Part shown: piece by piece, positions 26,040-38,787 of the stretch
Layout of the letters: every line of letters begins with the position of its first letter
How positions within the stretch are numbered: the first letter of the stretch is position 1
Program-made: the position numbers and the translations under genes
Notes under the pieces: generated by a model
Seen by the model: the letters and a program-made list of their open reading frames with translations, nothing else
Databases searched by the model: none
Told to the model about the DNA's origin: nothing
Source: Octopus vulgaris
Lineage: Eukaryota
Direction: 5' to 3'
NCBI GenBank assembly: GCA_951406725.2
Contig: CATOCA020000001.1
Coordinates: forward strand, 1,054,001 to 1,118,000
DNA length: 64,000 nt

Positions 26040-26306
26040 ATATATATATATATATATAAAAATTGGACATGGGCGATCGTTGTATTCTTTCTTGTCTTGA
26101 GGTTCACAGCCAAACGGCTGGGTGGATTCGCATGAAATATGGCACACATGTGGAGAGGGGTGTATAGATTGGAATGCAGTTTGTATGTTTTCCTATCCCC
26201 CATAGTTACCGAGAAAATCGATTAAAACATTTTTTAATGGAATTCCCCCGCCAACATACATAACCTCTCTCTACTTTTCTGTTACTCACTCCGCACACCC
26301 CATCCA

Positions 26307-26337
<31 letters not shown>

Positions 26338-27682
26338 CTCTCTGTCTCTCACGCACGCGCTCTCTCTCTGTCTCTCTCTCACACACACAAACTCTCATAC
26401 ACACACAGCACGCACATCAATTCTTCCGCTTCACGCCAACTTCAAAGGACGTTCACTCATGCAATCATCCTGTATCTTATTTCTTTTTTGCTCACAAGGG
26501 GCTAAACATAGAGGTCCTGTATCTGCCTCTTTCGCTTTCACAAGGACTTCAAAAGATCCCCTTTCTAAATCTCCAGATATAAACACAACCGCCCCACCCT
26601 GCTGACTGCAAAAATCCTGCCAAATTCGCCGGAAAAACACACACATACACACGTCAATCTCTCTATATATAAAACTGAGAATGTGTGTCTGTCTGTCTGT
26701 GTGTTTCCCTAAAACTTGTGAACTGCACAACAATTTCATTCAAATTTTCCACATGCCTTACTTAAGGTCCAGGGAGTGTCATGGTAAAAAAAAATCAACT
26801 TTTTCCCTAGGGCAAGCTCACAGCAATATCATATCTTCTCCACTATCTCAGTCTTACGTGTTAAAAGTGAAGCAAAAACATATCTTTATTGTAATGCAGG
26901 TACTTTCACCTTAATACTGAAACTATGAAAGTGAAAGTATTATATAATAGGGATCAACCATTAACAGTGGTCATCCATTTTGCTAGAAGAAGATCCACTA
27001 TGTTCTTATGTGCTACACCACTGGTTTTCAATACATATTAATCAAATTAATATTCAATTTTTCACCCTTATTATATGTGTCTGTGTGTGTATTAGCAATT
27101 CGTATAAAATTGCATCAATGACTTGAAATTGAATAAGTGGTTTCACATAAATGGGGATAAATTAAAAAGGTTTGTTTTTATTATTATTACTGTTTGACTA
27201 TTGTAATCACGTTTGTTGGTTCCTCGTCAGGGAAACGTTGTTGTGTTGCATTTGTTATATAATTGTAAACCGTAAGCCTTCCCCTTTCTGAGAAGGGCTT
27301 TGGTTATTGTTTAAAAATTGAATTGTGTCCCTGTTTGGGGAAATTGACAATACTTTCACCGTCTTTACGGAATCATTTTTGTTAAAATGCCTTCGATAGA
27401 AGAAAGTCCAAAAATGAATTTCGCTGCAGCTGTACACTTCTATACAAGAGGGAGGACAAGATCCAATTGATCAAAATTGCAAGAGACGGGCCTACAATTC
27501 CAGTCTGTTATATATTATGAGTATTGTTATCACTTGCGATATCAAGATATAACTTTGTATTTTGTATTTTATGTGTAGATGTATATATATAAATGTACAT
27601 GTAATATGTACACATATATATACTCATATGTACATGCATAATATATCTACCCATACACACATACGCACACACACACATGCAT

Positions 27683-27820
27683 AGGGGCAGGTGTGGCTGT
27701 GTGGTAACAAACTACGTTCCAAACACATGGTCCTGGGTTCAGTCCCACTGTGTGGTGACTTGGCATGTGTCTTCTGCTGTAGCCTGAGACCAACAAAAGC
27801 CTTCTCGGTGGATTTTGTAC
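27683..27820 (+). mobile_element. SINE fragment inside Helitron A
   Basis: gcaggtgtggctgtgtggtaa..ggttcagtcccactg, same family as 6088/9346. Confidence 0.65.
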
Positions 27821-27879
27821 ATATATACAGGCATACATATATATATATATATACATGCATACGTACATATTCGGCATAA

Positions 27880-29565
27880 ACACTCTACCACTACAACTAA
27901 TAACTGTTGGTAACACTTTCAAACCTGCCTTACATTCGAACCGGAATCTCAAAAACACTGTCCCCTTCAGCGCCATGCTCAACTGCTCTATCCTGACATG
28001 GAGGGTATCAGCAATGAAATCTATAACAAAACACTCATTGACATTGAAGACAGAATTGCTAAACTGGGTGGAAAGGAATTGTCGACGTATAGCCTGCCAC
28101 AAGCATTCAGGTGAGGGTCAAATAGCCTTCCCACTGCTGTCATTCGTGAAACAACTTACGACACTCAAGCGCTTTCAAAGTACATTGTTGAAAATGAGCC
28201 TAAATTACTTCCGGACCAGCTGCAGGCCTACAGAACTATTCTTAACAGTGTACGCCAACGCGATGGACGAATCTTCCTCGATGCTCCTGGAGGGACAGGA
28301 AAACATTTATTACAAAGCTTCTCCTTGCAGAAGTTAGGCAGCATCAGGACATTGCAGTAGCTGTAGCCTCCTCTGGCATTGCAGCTAATTTGTAACCCGG
28401 TGGCAGGACAGCACACTCAACTTTTAAACTCCCTCTCAATTTAGCAGCATCCGAAATGCCTTCATGCAACATCAACAAAAGCTCAGATCAGGGACAAGAA
28501 CTTAAAATGTGTTATCTAATTGTCTGGGATGAGTGCACTATGGCTCACAAGGGAGCTTTGGAAGCATGAGATAGAGCCCTGAAAGACATCCGCGACTGTC
28601 AGGCTCCGATGGGAGGTGTAACGCTTCTGTAGTCAGGTGATTTCAGACAAACTCTTCCTGTCATTCCGAAAGGCACTAGAGCAGATGAAGTCCAAGCATG
28701 CCTAAAGTCCTCTAACCTGTGGCATCATGTTACAATCCTCAGTCTCACCACTAACATGAGAGCTCAGCTACACGGCGACAAAATGTCCGCAAAGTTTGCA
28801 CATGACATTTTGACACTTGGTGAAGGCAAGATGCCTCTCGATGCTGCAGGACAAATAGAAGTGTGGTCATTTTCCTGTGTTGTTAATTCTGTAGATGACC
28901 TAAAAAACAAAGTCTTTCCCAGCTTCACACAAAACTACCAAAATCACAATTGGCTGTGTGAAAGAGCAATATTAGCTCCAAAAAACGTCGCTGTTAACAA
29001 AATCAATCAACAGCTAATGCATTCTCTTCCCGACAGTATACACACTTACAAGTCTGTTGATACAATTCCACATATAAATGAAGTTGTGAACTATCCTCCT
29101 GAATTTCTCAATTCACCGGAGCCTCCTGGTCTACCTCCACACATATTAGCACTTAAAGTTGGAACTCCTGTAACGCTACTCCGCAATCTGGAACCACCAA
29201 GACTTTGCAATGGAACACGACTGGTGATAAAGAAAATCATGTCACACGTTATCGAGGCAATCATTCTTTCTGGATGTGGAAAAGCTGATGACGTCTTTAT
29301 TCCAAGATTTCCTCTTACTCCATCAGGAGCAGAAATTCCATTTACATTCAGAAGATTGTAATTTCCCCTTCGTGTCAGCTTTGCCATGTCCATTAACAAA
29401 TCTCAGGGTCAAACCCTCTCTGTAGCTGGTCTTCGCTTGGAAGAGCCCTGCTTCTCGCATGGGCAACTGTATGTTGGCTGCTCAAGAGTAGGAACCAAAA
29501 GAAACCTTTTTGTATATGCTCCACAAGGGAAAACAAGGAACATTGTTTACAACGAGGTGTTATAA
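27880..29565 (+). pseudogene. Helitron PIF1-family (SF1) helicase domain, stops and frameshifts
   Basis: FLDAPGGTGKTF, AVASSGIAA, IVWDEC, GDFRQTLPVIP, LRNLEPPRLCNGTRL, AMSINKSQGQTL, FSHGQLYVGCSRV, ends KTRNIVYNEVL-stop. Confidence 0.95.
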
Positions 29566-31023
29566 TCTCAACAGCCAGGAGGTATATACATGATACCCTT
29601 TTTTTAACAAACTTCATGTACTTTCATGTATTTATATTAATATACATATATATAGGTGTGTGTGTGTATCCATATATATATATATATAACAGAATAGTCT
29701 AATTCTTCAATTGAATGTACCCGGGCAACGCCAGGTATCTCTGCTAGTTTCATATATTTTCTTTCACTTTCTGCTCTCTTGATTACACAGACGTCCAATA
29801 CAATAGCTACATTTTCGTTCTCTAAAAAAGGTACGTGTCTATTTTTCTTATAAGTGTATACCAATGACTTCTTCCATAATTTTCCACTTAGCTTTTATCT
29901 TCACTTTTCTTAAATTGGATACGTCTGCTATTAAGTTGCAGAACTTTGGCAGTATAATTAAAATTCATTTCTGCTTTAATTCTTACATACAATTTGCCTG
30001 TAAATTCTTACAGCTTCATTTTTTGGCGATGATTGAAATGTCAAACATTTTCTAACTGTTAAATCAATTCTTAACGTCAACTTCTTACTACCTCTTCTAT
30101 TTTTTTCATAGCACCCATACTTTCCGTGAAAATCGATAAAAACTTCTTCCCCACTTCGTTCTTCCATTAAAACAACCAGTTGTTCACACAGCCACCATAT
30201 ACTTTTCCGCGAGCAACAAGGGGACTACAGGATGAGTTAGCTAAAACTTTCCCTATGCTGTCTCTCTTCTTTCACCTCTTCGTGGGGTTAATTATCTTCA
30301 ACGTTAGTTACCTTTTCTCCTTGAAACTACATATTACGCACAATTGTTGGATTAATACAGTGGGGTGTTTTGTGGGAGATTTGGCTGCTATTTCTACTAG
30401 GTCTACCTACCATGTAGACGTCGGAACTTAATTTTCATTCACAGATTTGCATTTCAAAAATTTAACATAATCTTTTCCATAAATCAACTATCGAAAAATT
30501 TTCTACCATCACGTCACATTTTCTATGTATGTGTGTGTACCTTAAAAGACGTGATTAGACGGAGGTCCAACAGAATAGTTCTCACAAACAGACTACGTAC
30601 AAGTTCTTTCTTCACAACTCCTGAAGCTGTTTTCTGCGAAGATATTTTCACTTGTCCGGGCATTGCTATTACAGACAAATTAACAACAATTCCACTCCAG
30701 AGATAAACACAAACCACCTCTTGCTGACTGCAAAAGTCCTGCCAAATTAGCCGGAAAACACACACACACACGTCCATTTCATATATCTTCTTCAAAGCTG
30801 CATGCTTTTTTTGAAACATTTCACTATTTTTTTCTTATTTATCGTTATACATTTCCAACTATAATAACAGATAAAGATTAATACTTTGTTCAAAAACATT
30901 AACGTTTCACTTTCAGACACAGGTTCAAGTTGCAAAAAAGAACTTAACTTTCGTTACAATTATTTTTTGCTTCTTCAAAAAATCTCATGACGTTTGCCTC
31001 AGTAAAAACCATCTTTACAGATA

Positions 31024-34000
31024 ATGCCTAACCGAAAACAATCAATGCTCTGTACCAAAAGGAATGCCCTCCTAAAACAGCGAAAAGGGGAGTTGCGTTC
31101 ACAGGTACGTTTTTCAACATTCATATCATTTCGATTTTGCTTCTACACATTCTCCTCCTGTATCCCATTTCAATATTGCACTTTCATATGTTTTCTACTA
31201 TTCCTTTCAGGAAACACAAGAAGCAAGAGAGGCCCGTCTTGCTGATCAGCGTAGTCGTGATCAACGCTCACTATGTGACGAACCTGTTGAAGCAAGGCAG
31301 GCCCGTCTTGCTTTCATGCGTATTCGAAATCGGCGCTCACTCCTTGTGGTGTCAGAAGAAGCAAGGCAAGCTCGTCTTGCCGCCCAGCGTAGTCATAATC
31401 AACGCTCACTCCTTCAGGAGCCTGCTGAAGCAAGAGAGGCCCGCCCAGCTGCCCAACATAGTCAACGCCAGATATCAAGTCTTCAGGAATCATCGGAGGC
31501 TATGGAAAACAGGTTGGCAGGTCGACGTCAAAAAAATATTGCTGCTGCAAGGGGCGCATTTTGGGTGAGAGCTGGATTCAGATACAGTCCTGCTGATGAT
31601 TTCTCCAATCACCTGGACGTGACTCTTGGTAAAATGGACAGGGAATGCCGATTTTGTCAAGCTAAGTAATGGGCTGGTGAGGCAGCTGGTCTTTGTTGTT
31701 CTGGAGGCAAGGTTCGATTTCAGCCGCTCGCAGATCCACCTGAAGTTCTGAAAATCTCCTCCTCAATAGCTCCGACTACGCCAAGAAATTCCGAAAAGGC
31801 ATTTGGAGTTATAACTCCTGCTTCCCTATGAACTCTTTTGCCGTAAAGAACATCCACGACAAACATAACATCAACAACGTCAATATTGATGGAAATTGGG
31901 CGGTTAATCCTGCAAACAAAAAGAAGGAGTTGCATTACACCTTCAAGATTCAAGGTCAATGTTATCATCGCATGGGAAGTCTTTATCCTCAGCCTACCAA
32001 GGAACCCAAGTTCTTTCAGATTTTCTTCATGGGTTGTTCAAACGCAGAAGGTATCCAACGGTGCAACAGAAATTCAGATGTTGACGCAGCAATTGTTGCT
32101 GAACTCCAACATATGCTTCATGCAACACACCCTTATGTCAACGAATTGAAGAATGCGTTGCAGATTTTGGAAGCCCAACCTGAGCTAAAATTTATAATTA
32201 AAGCCTAGAGGCGACCTGCTGGTGAGCACCCGCGACCTTTCAATGCTCCAACCACCAACAAGGTTGCAGCAATCATAGTCGGCGAAGAAAATGGCAAGCG
32301 TGATATTGTCTTCCAGCACCGCGATAGCCGACTGTCTTTTGTTTCGGAAACCTATCGGTCTTACGACTGCCTGCAGTACTCCCTACTGTTTCCCCTTTGG
32401 AGAGGATGGCTACAGCTTTCACCAACGCCATGTTGATCCAATCACGGGTGCTGAATTAACCAAGGCTGTTTCCTGCAAGGAATTCTATGCCTTCCGTCTT
32501 ATGGTCAGAGAAGGTCAGTTCAACCAACTACTACGGTACAAGTAAGTCACAAATCAATTCTTGGTTGACATGTTTGCCAAGGTTGAAGGTGAAAGGTTTC
32601 TTTGTATTCGTTAAAATCAAAAGAAATTGCGTGTGGATCGATATCTTACCGTTCATGTCCAGCTGTATGTTAATGCAAGAAACATTGGCCTTCCGGTGAT
32701 ACGTCCTTCCAGCCATACCGGGTCTCGACGGTATATGCATCAGCGGACACAGGATGCCATGGCATATGTCCGTAAATTTAGCGGACATGACCTCTTAATC
32801 ACCTTTACGTGCAACTCAACTTGGCAAGAGATAAAGGAAAACTTATTCGAGGGCCAGGCTGCATGCGACAGGCACGACTTAGTGGCCAGAGTTTTCCACG
32901 GAAAATTGCAGAAATTTATGTGGTTATTGAAAATTGATGCTGTCTACAGAAAACTTAACGCGTGGATGTACACTGTAGAATGGCAAAAGCGGGGTCTTCC
33001 ACACACCCATATACTGATTTGGTGCCAAGAAATAATCAGACCTGCGGACATCGATCAAATTAAATGTGCAGAGTTGCCCAAACCTAATGTCAACTTGCAG
33101 CTATTCCAAATCGTGTCGGCGCATATGATACACGGGCCCTGTGGTGTCTTGGATCCTAATTCTCCATGTATGGAAAAAAATAGATGTTCAAAGAACTATC
33201 CCAGGGCTTTCAACAAGGTTACATTTACTAGTATTTGCGGCTACCCAATTTACTAACGACGTGCCCCTCACTTTGGAGGAATTTCGGCGAAAAAAAGGAT
33301 AAGGAGCAAGGAAATTGCCATCAACAACAGTATGGTTGTTCCCTACAGCCCTTTCCTCCTTAAAACTTTCAACGCCCACATCAACGTTGAATCTTGCACT
33401 TCGATTAAAGGCATCAAGTACATATGCAAACATGTAAAGAGGGGCAGCGACATGGCTGTTTTGGGTGTGCATGATGAAGAAACAGCCAACGATAAAATCC
33501 TTCAATACGTTATGGGCAGGTATATTTCGTTCAATATGGCGGCATGGCGCATTCTAGATTTTGATATTCACCAGTCCTCTGCAGCTGTTTTTGGCCTAGA
33601 TGTACACTTAGAAAATAGGCAACGTGTTTACTTCACTGAGAACACCGCCGCAAATGTACTCAAAAAGCCACCGGAAACAACGCTTACAGCATTCTTTAAG
33701 TCGTGTACTTCCGATTCCTTTGCGCAAACTCTACTTTATGACGATGTACCGTCCTACTTCACTTGGACTAACAAAAAATGGCAAAGGTGGCGGCAGGGTG
33801 TGCGAATCGACAATGAGGTTGGCGAGGTAATCTACAAAGGAAACATGATCGATCGTGTCCACACTGTACACCCAAATCATCAGGAGTGATTTTTTGGGGA
33901 TGATTCTGTTTCATATGAAAGGCCCAACATCATTTGCCCACGTCAGATCATTCGATGGACAAATGTGTTGCACTTACAGGGAAGCTTGCTTGCGACGGGG

Positions 34001-35760
34001 ACTACTCGAGGATGAGGGTCTCTGGAACACGGCATTGCAAGAGGTCTCTGAATGCAGGACACCAGAAGTAATGCGCTGAATATTTTGTCTCGTCTTGCTA
34101 TTCAGTAATGTGTCTGACCCTCTTCATTTGTGGGACACATTTAAAGATAGTTTTTCCGAAGACTATCTCCGACGACTTCAAGCCGAAGATCCAACGGCTG
34201 GATTCGACTTCAATAACGTCATCTACAACACAGCCCTCCTCGATTTGCAATCGCGACTGCAAGCTATGGGAGGAGTTGGAGTACTCAGATTTCAGTCTGC
34301 CGTCTCCGCGGGACATTTCAAATGCTTTAGCTGCTGAGTACATGTGAGAGTTGAGCTACAACACGCAGGAAATGGTGGCGCAGGTTGCTCAGGATGTGCC
34401 TAGACTTTTGGAAGTACAGAGAATTGAATACAACAGGTTCCTCGCAAGTATTAATTCCAACGAAAGACATTTTTTTTGGATGCTCCCGGCAGAACCGGAA
34501 AAAACGTTTCTCATGAACCTCCCACTCGCCAATATTCTCCAGGGAAATGGGATTGCCATAGCGGTTGCATCCAGCGGCATCGCAGCAACTTTACTGCATG
34601 ACGGTCGTACGGCACACTCAGCATTCAAATTACCACTAGACTTGACCAAACAGGGAAATCCAACTTGCAATGTTAGTCGCGGCTCAGCCATGGGGAATCT
34701 TCTCACTGAGTGCAGCCTTATCATTTGGGATGAGGAAGCCATGTGTTATAAGGCAGCATTTGAGGCGCTCGAGCGGTCTCTTCAAGTTCTGAGACGCAAT
34801 ATGAGAGTGGAGAGTGGAGTGATTGTTCTGCTTGCGGGCAACTTCCGACAAACTCTACCTGTCATTCCCTGGCGGACAAGAGCTAACGAAGTAAATGCTT
34901 CCATAAAATCATCCTAGTTATGGCACCACAGCGAGAAACTTCACCTGACTACGAACATGAGAGTTCAAATGTTTGGCGACGAAAATGCGGCCACATTCTC
35001 GGCGCAGCTTCTCGATGTTAGTAATGGAACTGTAGCTGGCGATACTGATGGTTTCATCCATTTACCATTTGGTAACTTCGTGCCTACCAAAGATGATTTG
35101 ATTTCTGCAGTTTTTCCTGACATTGCAAGCCAAAGCCTTCACACAACTTGCCTACAAGGAATAGCAATTTTGGCGCCTCACAATAAAACAGTCGACGCTA
35201 TCAATAATAAACTTTTTGATCTGCTTCCTGGAGAAAAACTCTCCTTCAAGTCCATTGACACGCATGAAAACCTGGATGATATGACCGTTTTCGCAACAGC
35301 ATTTCTTAATTCCCAAACGCCCACAGGACTTCAGCCTCTGGAACTCCATCTCAAGGATGGCGTGCCCATCATGCCGCTGCGGAATTTGGATGCTGAAATA
35401 ATGTGTAACGGCACGCGGATGATAATAAAATATATATACTCCCGAGTTCTGCAGGCAAACATCTTGAATGGACCAGCCACTGGTGAAGATGTTCTTATAA
35501 CCCCAATATCCCTCACTCCCTCCGGCACGATCTACAAATTTAAGCGGCTTCAATTTCCTATCAAACTCTACTTTGCTTTGAAAATATATAAGGTACAAGG
35601 TCAATCATTGCAAATGGTTGGTTTAAATCTCACAGAACAAGTGTTCTCCCACGGTCAACTCACCGTTTGATGCTCCCATGTTGGCGGCACACGAAGTCTA
35701 GACATTTGTGCATCAGAAGGGAAAACGAGAAATGTGGCCTACAAAGAAGCGCTCCACTGA
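31024..35760 (+). pseudogene. Helitron RepHel transposase (N-terminal repeats, Zn-finger, HUH Rep, PIF1 helicase), predicted intron 31105-31210
   Basis: CRFCQAK*WAGEAAGLCCSGGKV; LITFTCN, VEWQKRGLPHTHIL, IKYICKH (Rep motifs); VASSGIAATLL, IIWDE, GNFRQTLPV, KVQGQSL, FSHGQL; multiple stops and frameshifts. Confidence 0.95.
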
Positions 35761-35878
35761 AAAGATGGCATTTCTTCACATCTTTCAAAACACCCCAGTC
35801 ATCTGCCGCCTCAAAAGCTTCGTAGCCGCCGTTCCAGCCAATGTAACTCAATGACACACACCATCACTCACTCACCTT

Positions 35879-35918
<40 letters not shown>

Positions 35919-36693
35919 TGTCCATTTCACATATCTTTCAATTTCCTGTCTCTGTAAAGAAAGTTTTTATGGATACAACTGCTTAGAAAAATAGTGATTA
36001 ATGTATAATTTCTTTCTATCTTCATAATTAAATAAATGTTTTAATGATTAGACAGTGGTCCAATGCAATAGCTCTCAGAAACAGACTACGTACAAATTCT
36101 TTCTTCACATCTCCTGAAGATGTTTTCTTACAGCGGGCTGGGTTGTGATGGAAAGAAGTGTTCATATAGCTGGAGGCTCCAATCGAAACAGGAGACCCGA
36201 AATGATAAGGTTGAGAAACGTTGTTATAGATTATGCCTAACCGAAAACGATCACACCCACATCATCCAAACAGACCGGGTGAAACCGGGCTTAGCTGCTA
36301 GTATACCTATATTTACATATGTACGTATATGCAAACTTCCTGTTAACAAAAGTCGGGATGCGTGACGTTCAGTTATTCCATAAATGTAAAATGTATTAAA
36401 TACTACAAAACATACAAAAGAAACTTGCCCAAGGTGTCATGCAGTGGGACTTAACCTGGAATCATGTGGTTCGGTGGCATACTTCTTAGCGCACATCTAC
36501 TCCTGCGCCTACACACAGACGCACACACACACACACACACGCACACACACAAAAACACACACACAGTCACATACACACACTCTCATACACACAGAAGAAA
36601 GCACTACAGACACACGCACACACACATATATGTACGTAACTATAGTTATGTGTTTATGTGGATAATTTGATGTGGATAATATTAATACATACA

Positions 36694-36733
<40 letters not shown>

Positions 36734-37374
36734 ATATATTTAGCCTCTTTAAAGTGATCATGGGCAATATTTTTGCTTCTTATACTGCTTCTTTCATGAA
36801 CAGAGATTTTCTAACATTTTAGTGTCCTAGTCACACAATCAATGACACTATTTTCTATATATTGCAATCGAAGTAAATCCTGACATGCCTGGCCACGACT
36901 ACCCACCTCTAAGGAGATCAAATACAGATCGAAACCTGTGGGCTAGAGTCTTTAAGCTAGTGAAGCAGGTGTTATCTCCCAATTGAACTAAATGTCGAGT
37001 GTGAGAAGCGAACTGAATAAATCAACTGATGTGTTCCTGTGGTTAAATGGCAGTATAGTCGTATCGTAGACGACAGATTGATAGATAGAAACATAGAAAG
37101 AGAGGAGAGAGAGAGAGATAATATAGATATAGATATATATTTACAAATATATATATAAATACACAAATACAAGCAGATATATGTATATGAGATAGATGTA
37201 TGCATGTATAAATATTTATTTAGTATCTCTAATGATTTTCTCTGCCTCCGAAACCCTTCGTTTTCTATACAATTCTACAATATAGAATTTCTTCAACTGC
37301 TAGTATATATATATATATATATATGTATGTATGCATGTATGTATGTATGAAATACTTACATAACTATAAGTGTG

Positions 37375-37453
<79 letters not shown>

Positions 37454-37469
37454 CATATATATGCATGTA

Positions 37470-38240
37470 CGAGGTCGTTTCGAAATTTCACGAACGAGTT
37501 CTATAGCACGCAAACGATTTTATGCGATGTGATAGCTAGCAGTGACCTTCATGAGGCAGCCTTCTGAGTGACATCGCTGTATATACTTCGCAAGATGTGG
37601 AATTTGCATTTCGGTGATAATGTCATCTGCGATTCTTGTCATGAAGAGGAAATTGGAAGACATGAAGAAAGTGTAATTTTACGTTAAAATTGGGAAGTCT
37701 GCTACAGAGAGATTGAGCATGCTTTGGAAAACTTATGGCGGCGATACAGTGGGTCGTATGTAATGTTTCGACTGTATGGGCGCACGAAAAAATCACAGCT
37801 TAATCAAGACCATGTTCATCATTTTTTCCGACATCCTCGGTATTGTGCATTAGGAGCTTTTTCGGAAAGGACGTTCGGCGAAAATGACCGGTTCTGTGAT
37901 TCGCGATGTATTGAATTTTTCACGACAACAATGCACCTATCACCTCACTCGTAAGTTTCTTGCCAAAAGCAACATGCTATCGCTTCTGCACATGCCCTAT
38001 TCGCCAGATTTACCACCTGCTGACTTGCATGTGTTCCTCAAGATGAAAAATCAGCTCAGAGGTCGAGATCAAGAGCGAATTTAACACCTTCATCGAGTTC
38101 AAGAGGTCCTCGACTCGCCTATGGAAAACTACATCCAGGTCGTAGATTCCAAAAGTGTCAGAAAAGCCGGGGCAGTTGTATTATTGCTCAGGTAACATGA
38201 GTTACTTTTATCAAACATAGCTCGTTCAGGAACTTTATAT
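37470..38240 (+). mobile_element. Mariner-like transposon remnant
   Basis: TA|cgaggtcgtttcgaaa start; HDNNAP-like and PYSPDLPPAD..FLKMKNQLRG transposase motifs; 3' TIR partly deleted. Confidence 0.8.
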
Positions 38241-38478
38241 ATACGACGGGTTTCCTTCAGTTACCGTGTACCCAATTAACTAACATACACGGGTTTGTTC
38301 GGTTGGAGACCAGAGTACACGCAGAAGGACTAAATACACAAGCAAATTCTTATCACACAACCATGCCAACGCCTAAGCGTATGCACACACACTCTCACAC
38401 ACACACACACAGACACACACTCACTCACACACAAACACACACACACTCACTCACACACACAATACACACACTCACGTT

Positions 38479-38685
38479 TGACGGAAATGGAAAATGGATT
38501 TTACGAGATTCGTTAATCATTACTGCCGTTTCAACCCGTCTGCAATCGACCCCTCACGGATGAGATAATGGTCGATTGGCCGCGGTGCATCTTTCTTTGC
38601 AGATGTTTCTCATCAGTTGACATTTCAAAAAGTACTCTGCTCAATAAACTCGGTTTCACTTGGTTCGATTATAATGTATTTCGTT

Positions 38686-38686
<1 letters not shown>
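38479..38686. other. Duplicated hairpin-rich segment, copy 2
   Basis: Paralog of 13105-13312. Confidence 0.6.
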
Positions 38687-38758
<72 letters not shown>

Positions 38759-38787
38759 TATAAAAATAATAATAATAATAATTATAT

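Larger units (their letters stand above)
26658..29747 (+). mobile_element. Helitron A, internally deleted (helicase only)
   Basis: a|TCTCTCTATATATAAAAC start; acccgggcaacgccaggt hairpin + CTAG|t end; inserted between A and T. Confidence 0.9.
26045..36301 (+). mobile_element. Helitron B (formerly autonomous), containing nested Helitron A
   Basis: 5' tatatataaaa..cacagccaaacggctgggtggattcgcatgaaatatggcacac (exact TC start obscured by TA tract); RepHel at 31024-35760; 3' ccgggtgaaaccggg hairpin + CTAG|t at 36298-36302. Confidence 0.8.

Noticed and set aside
28756-29361. Host PIF1 helicase gene (also 34351-35670)
   Set aside because: Intronless, disrupted, and enclosed by Helitron termini
37298-37305. 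ctgCTAGt as another Helitron 3' end
   Set aside because: No GC-rich hairpin upstream
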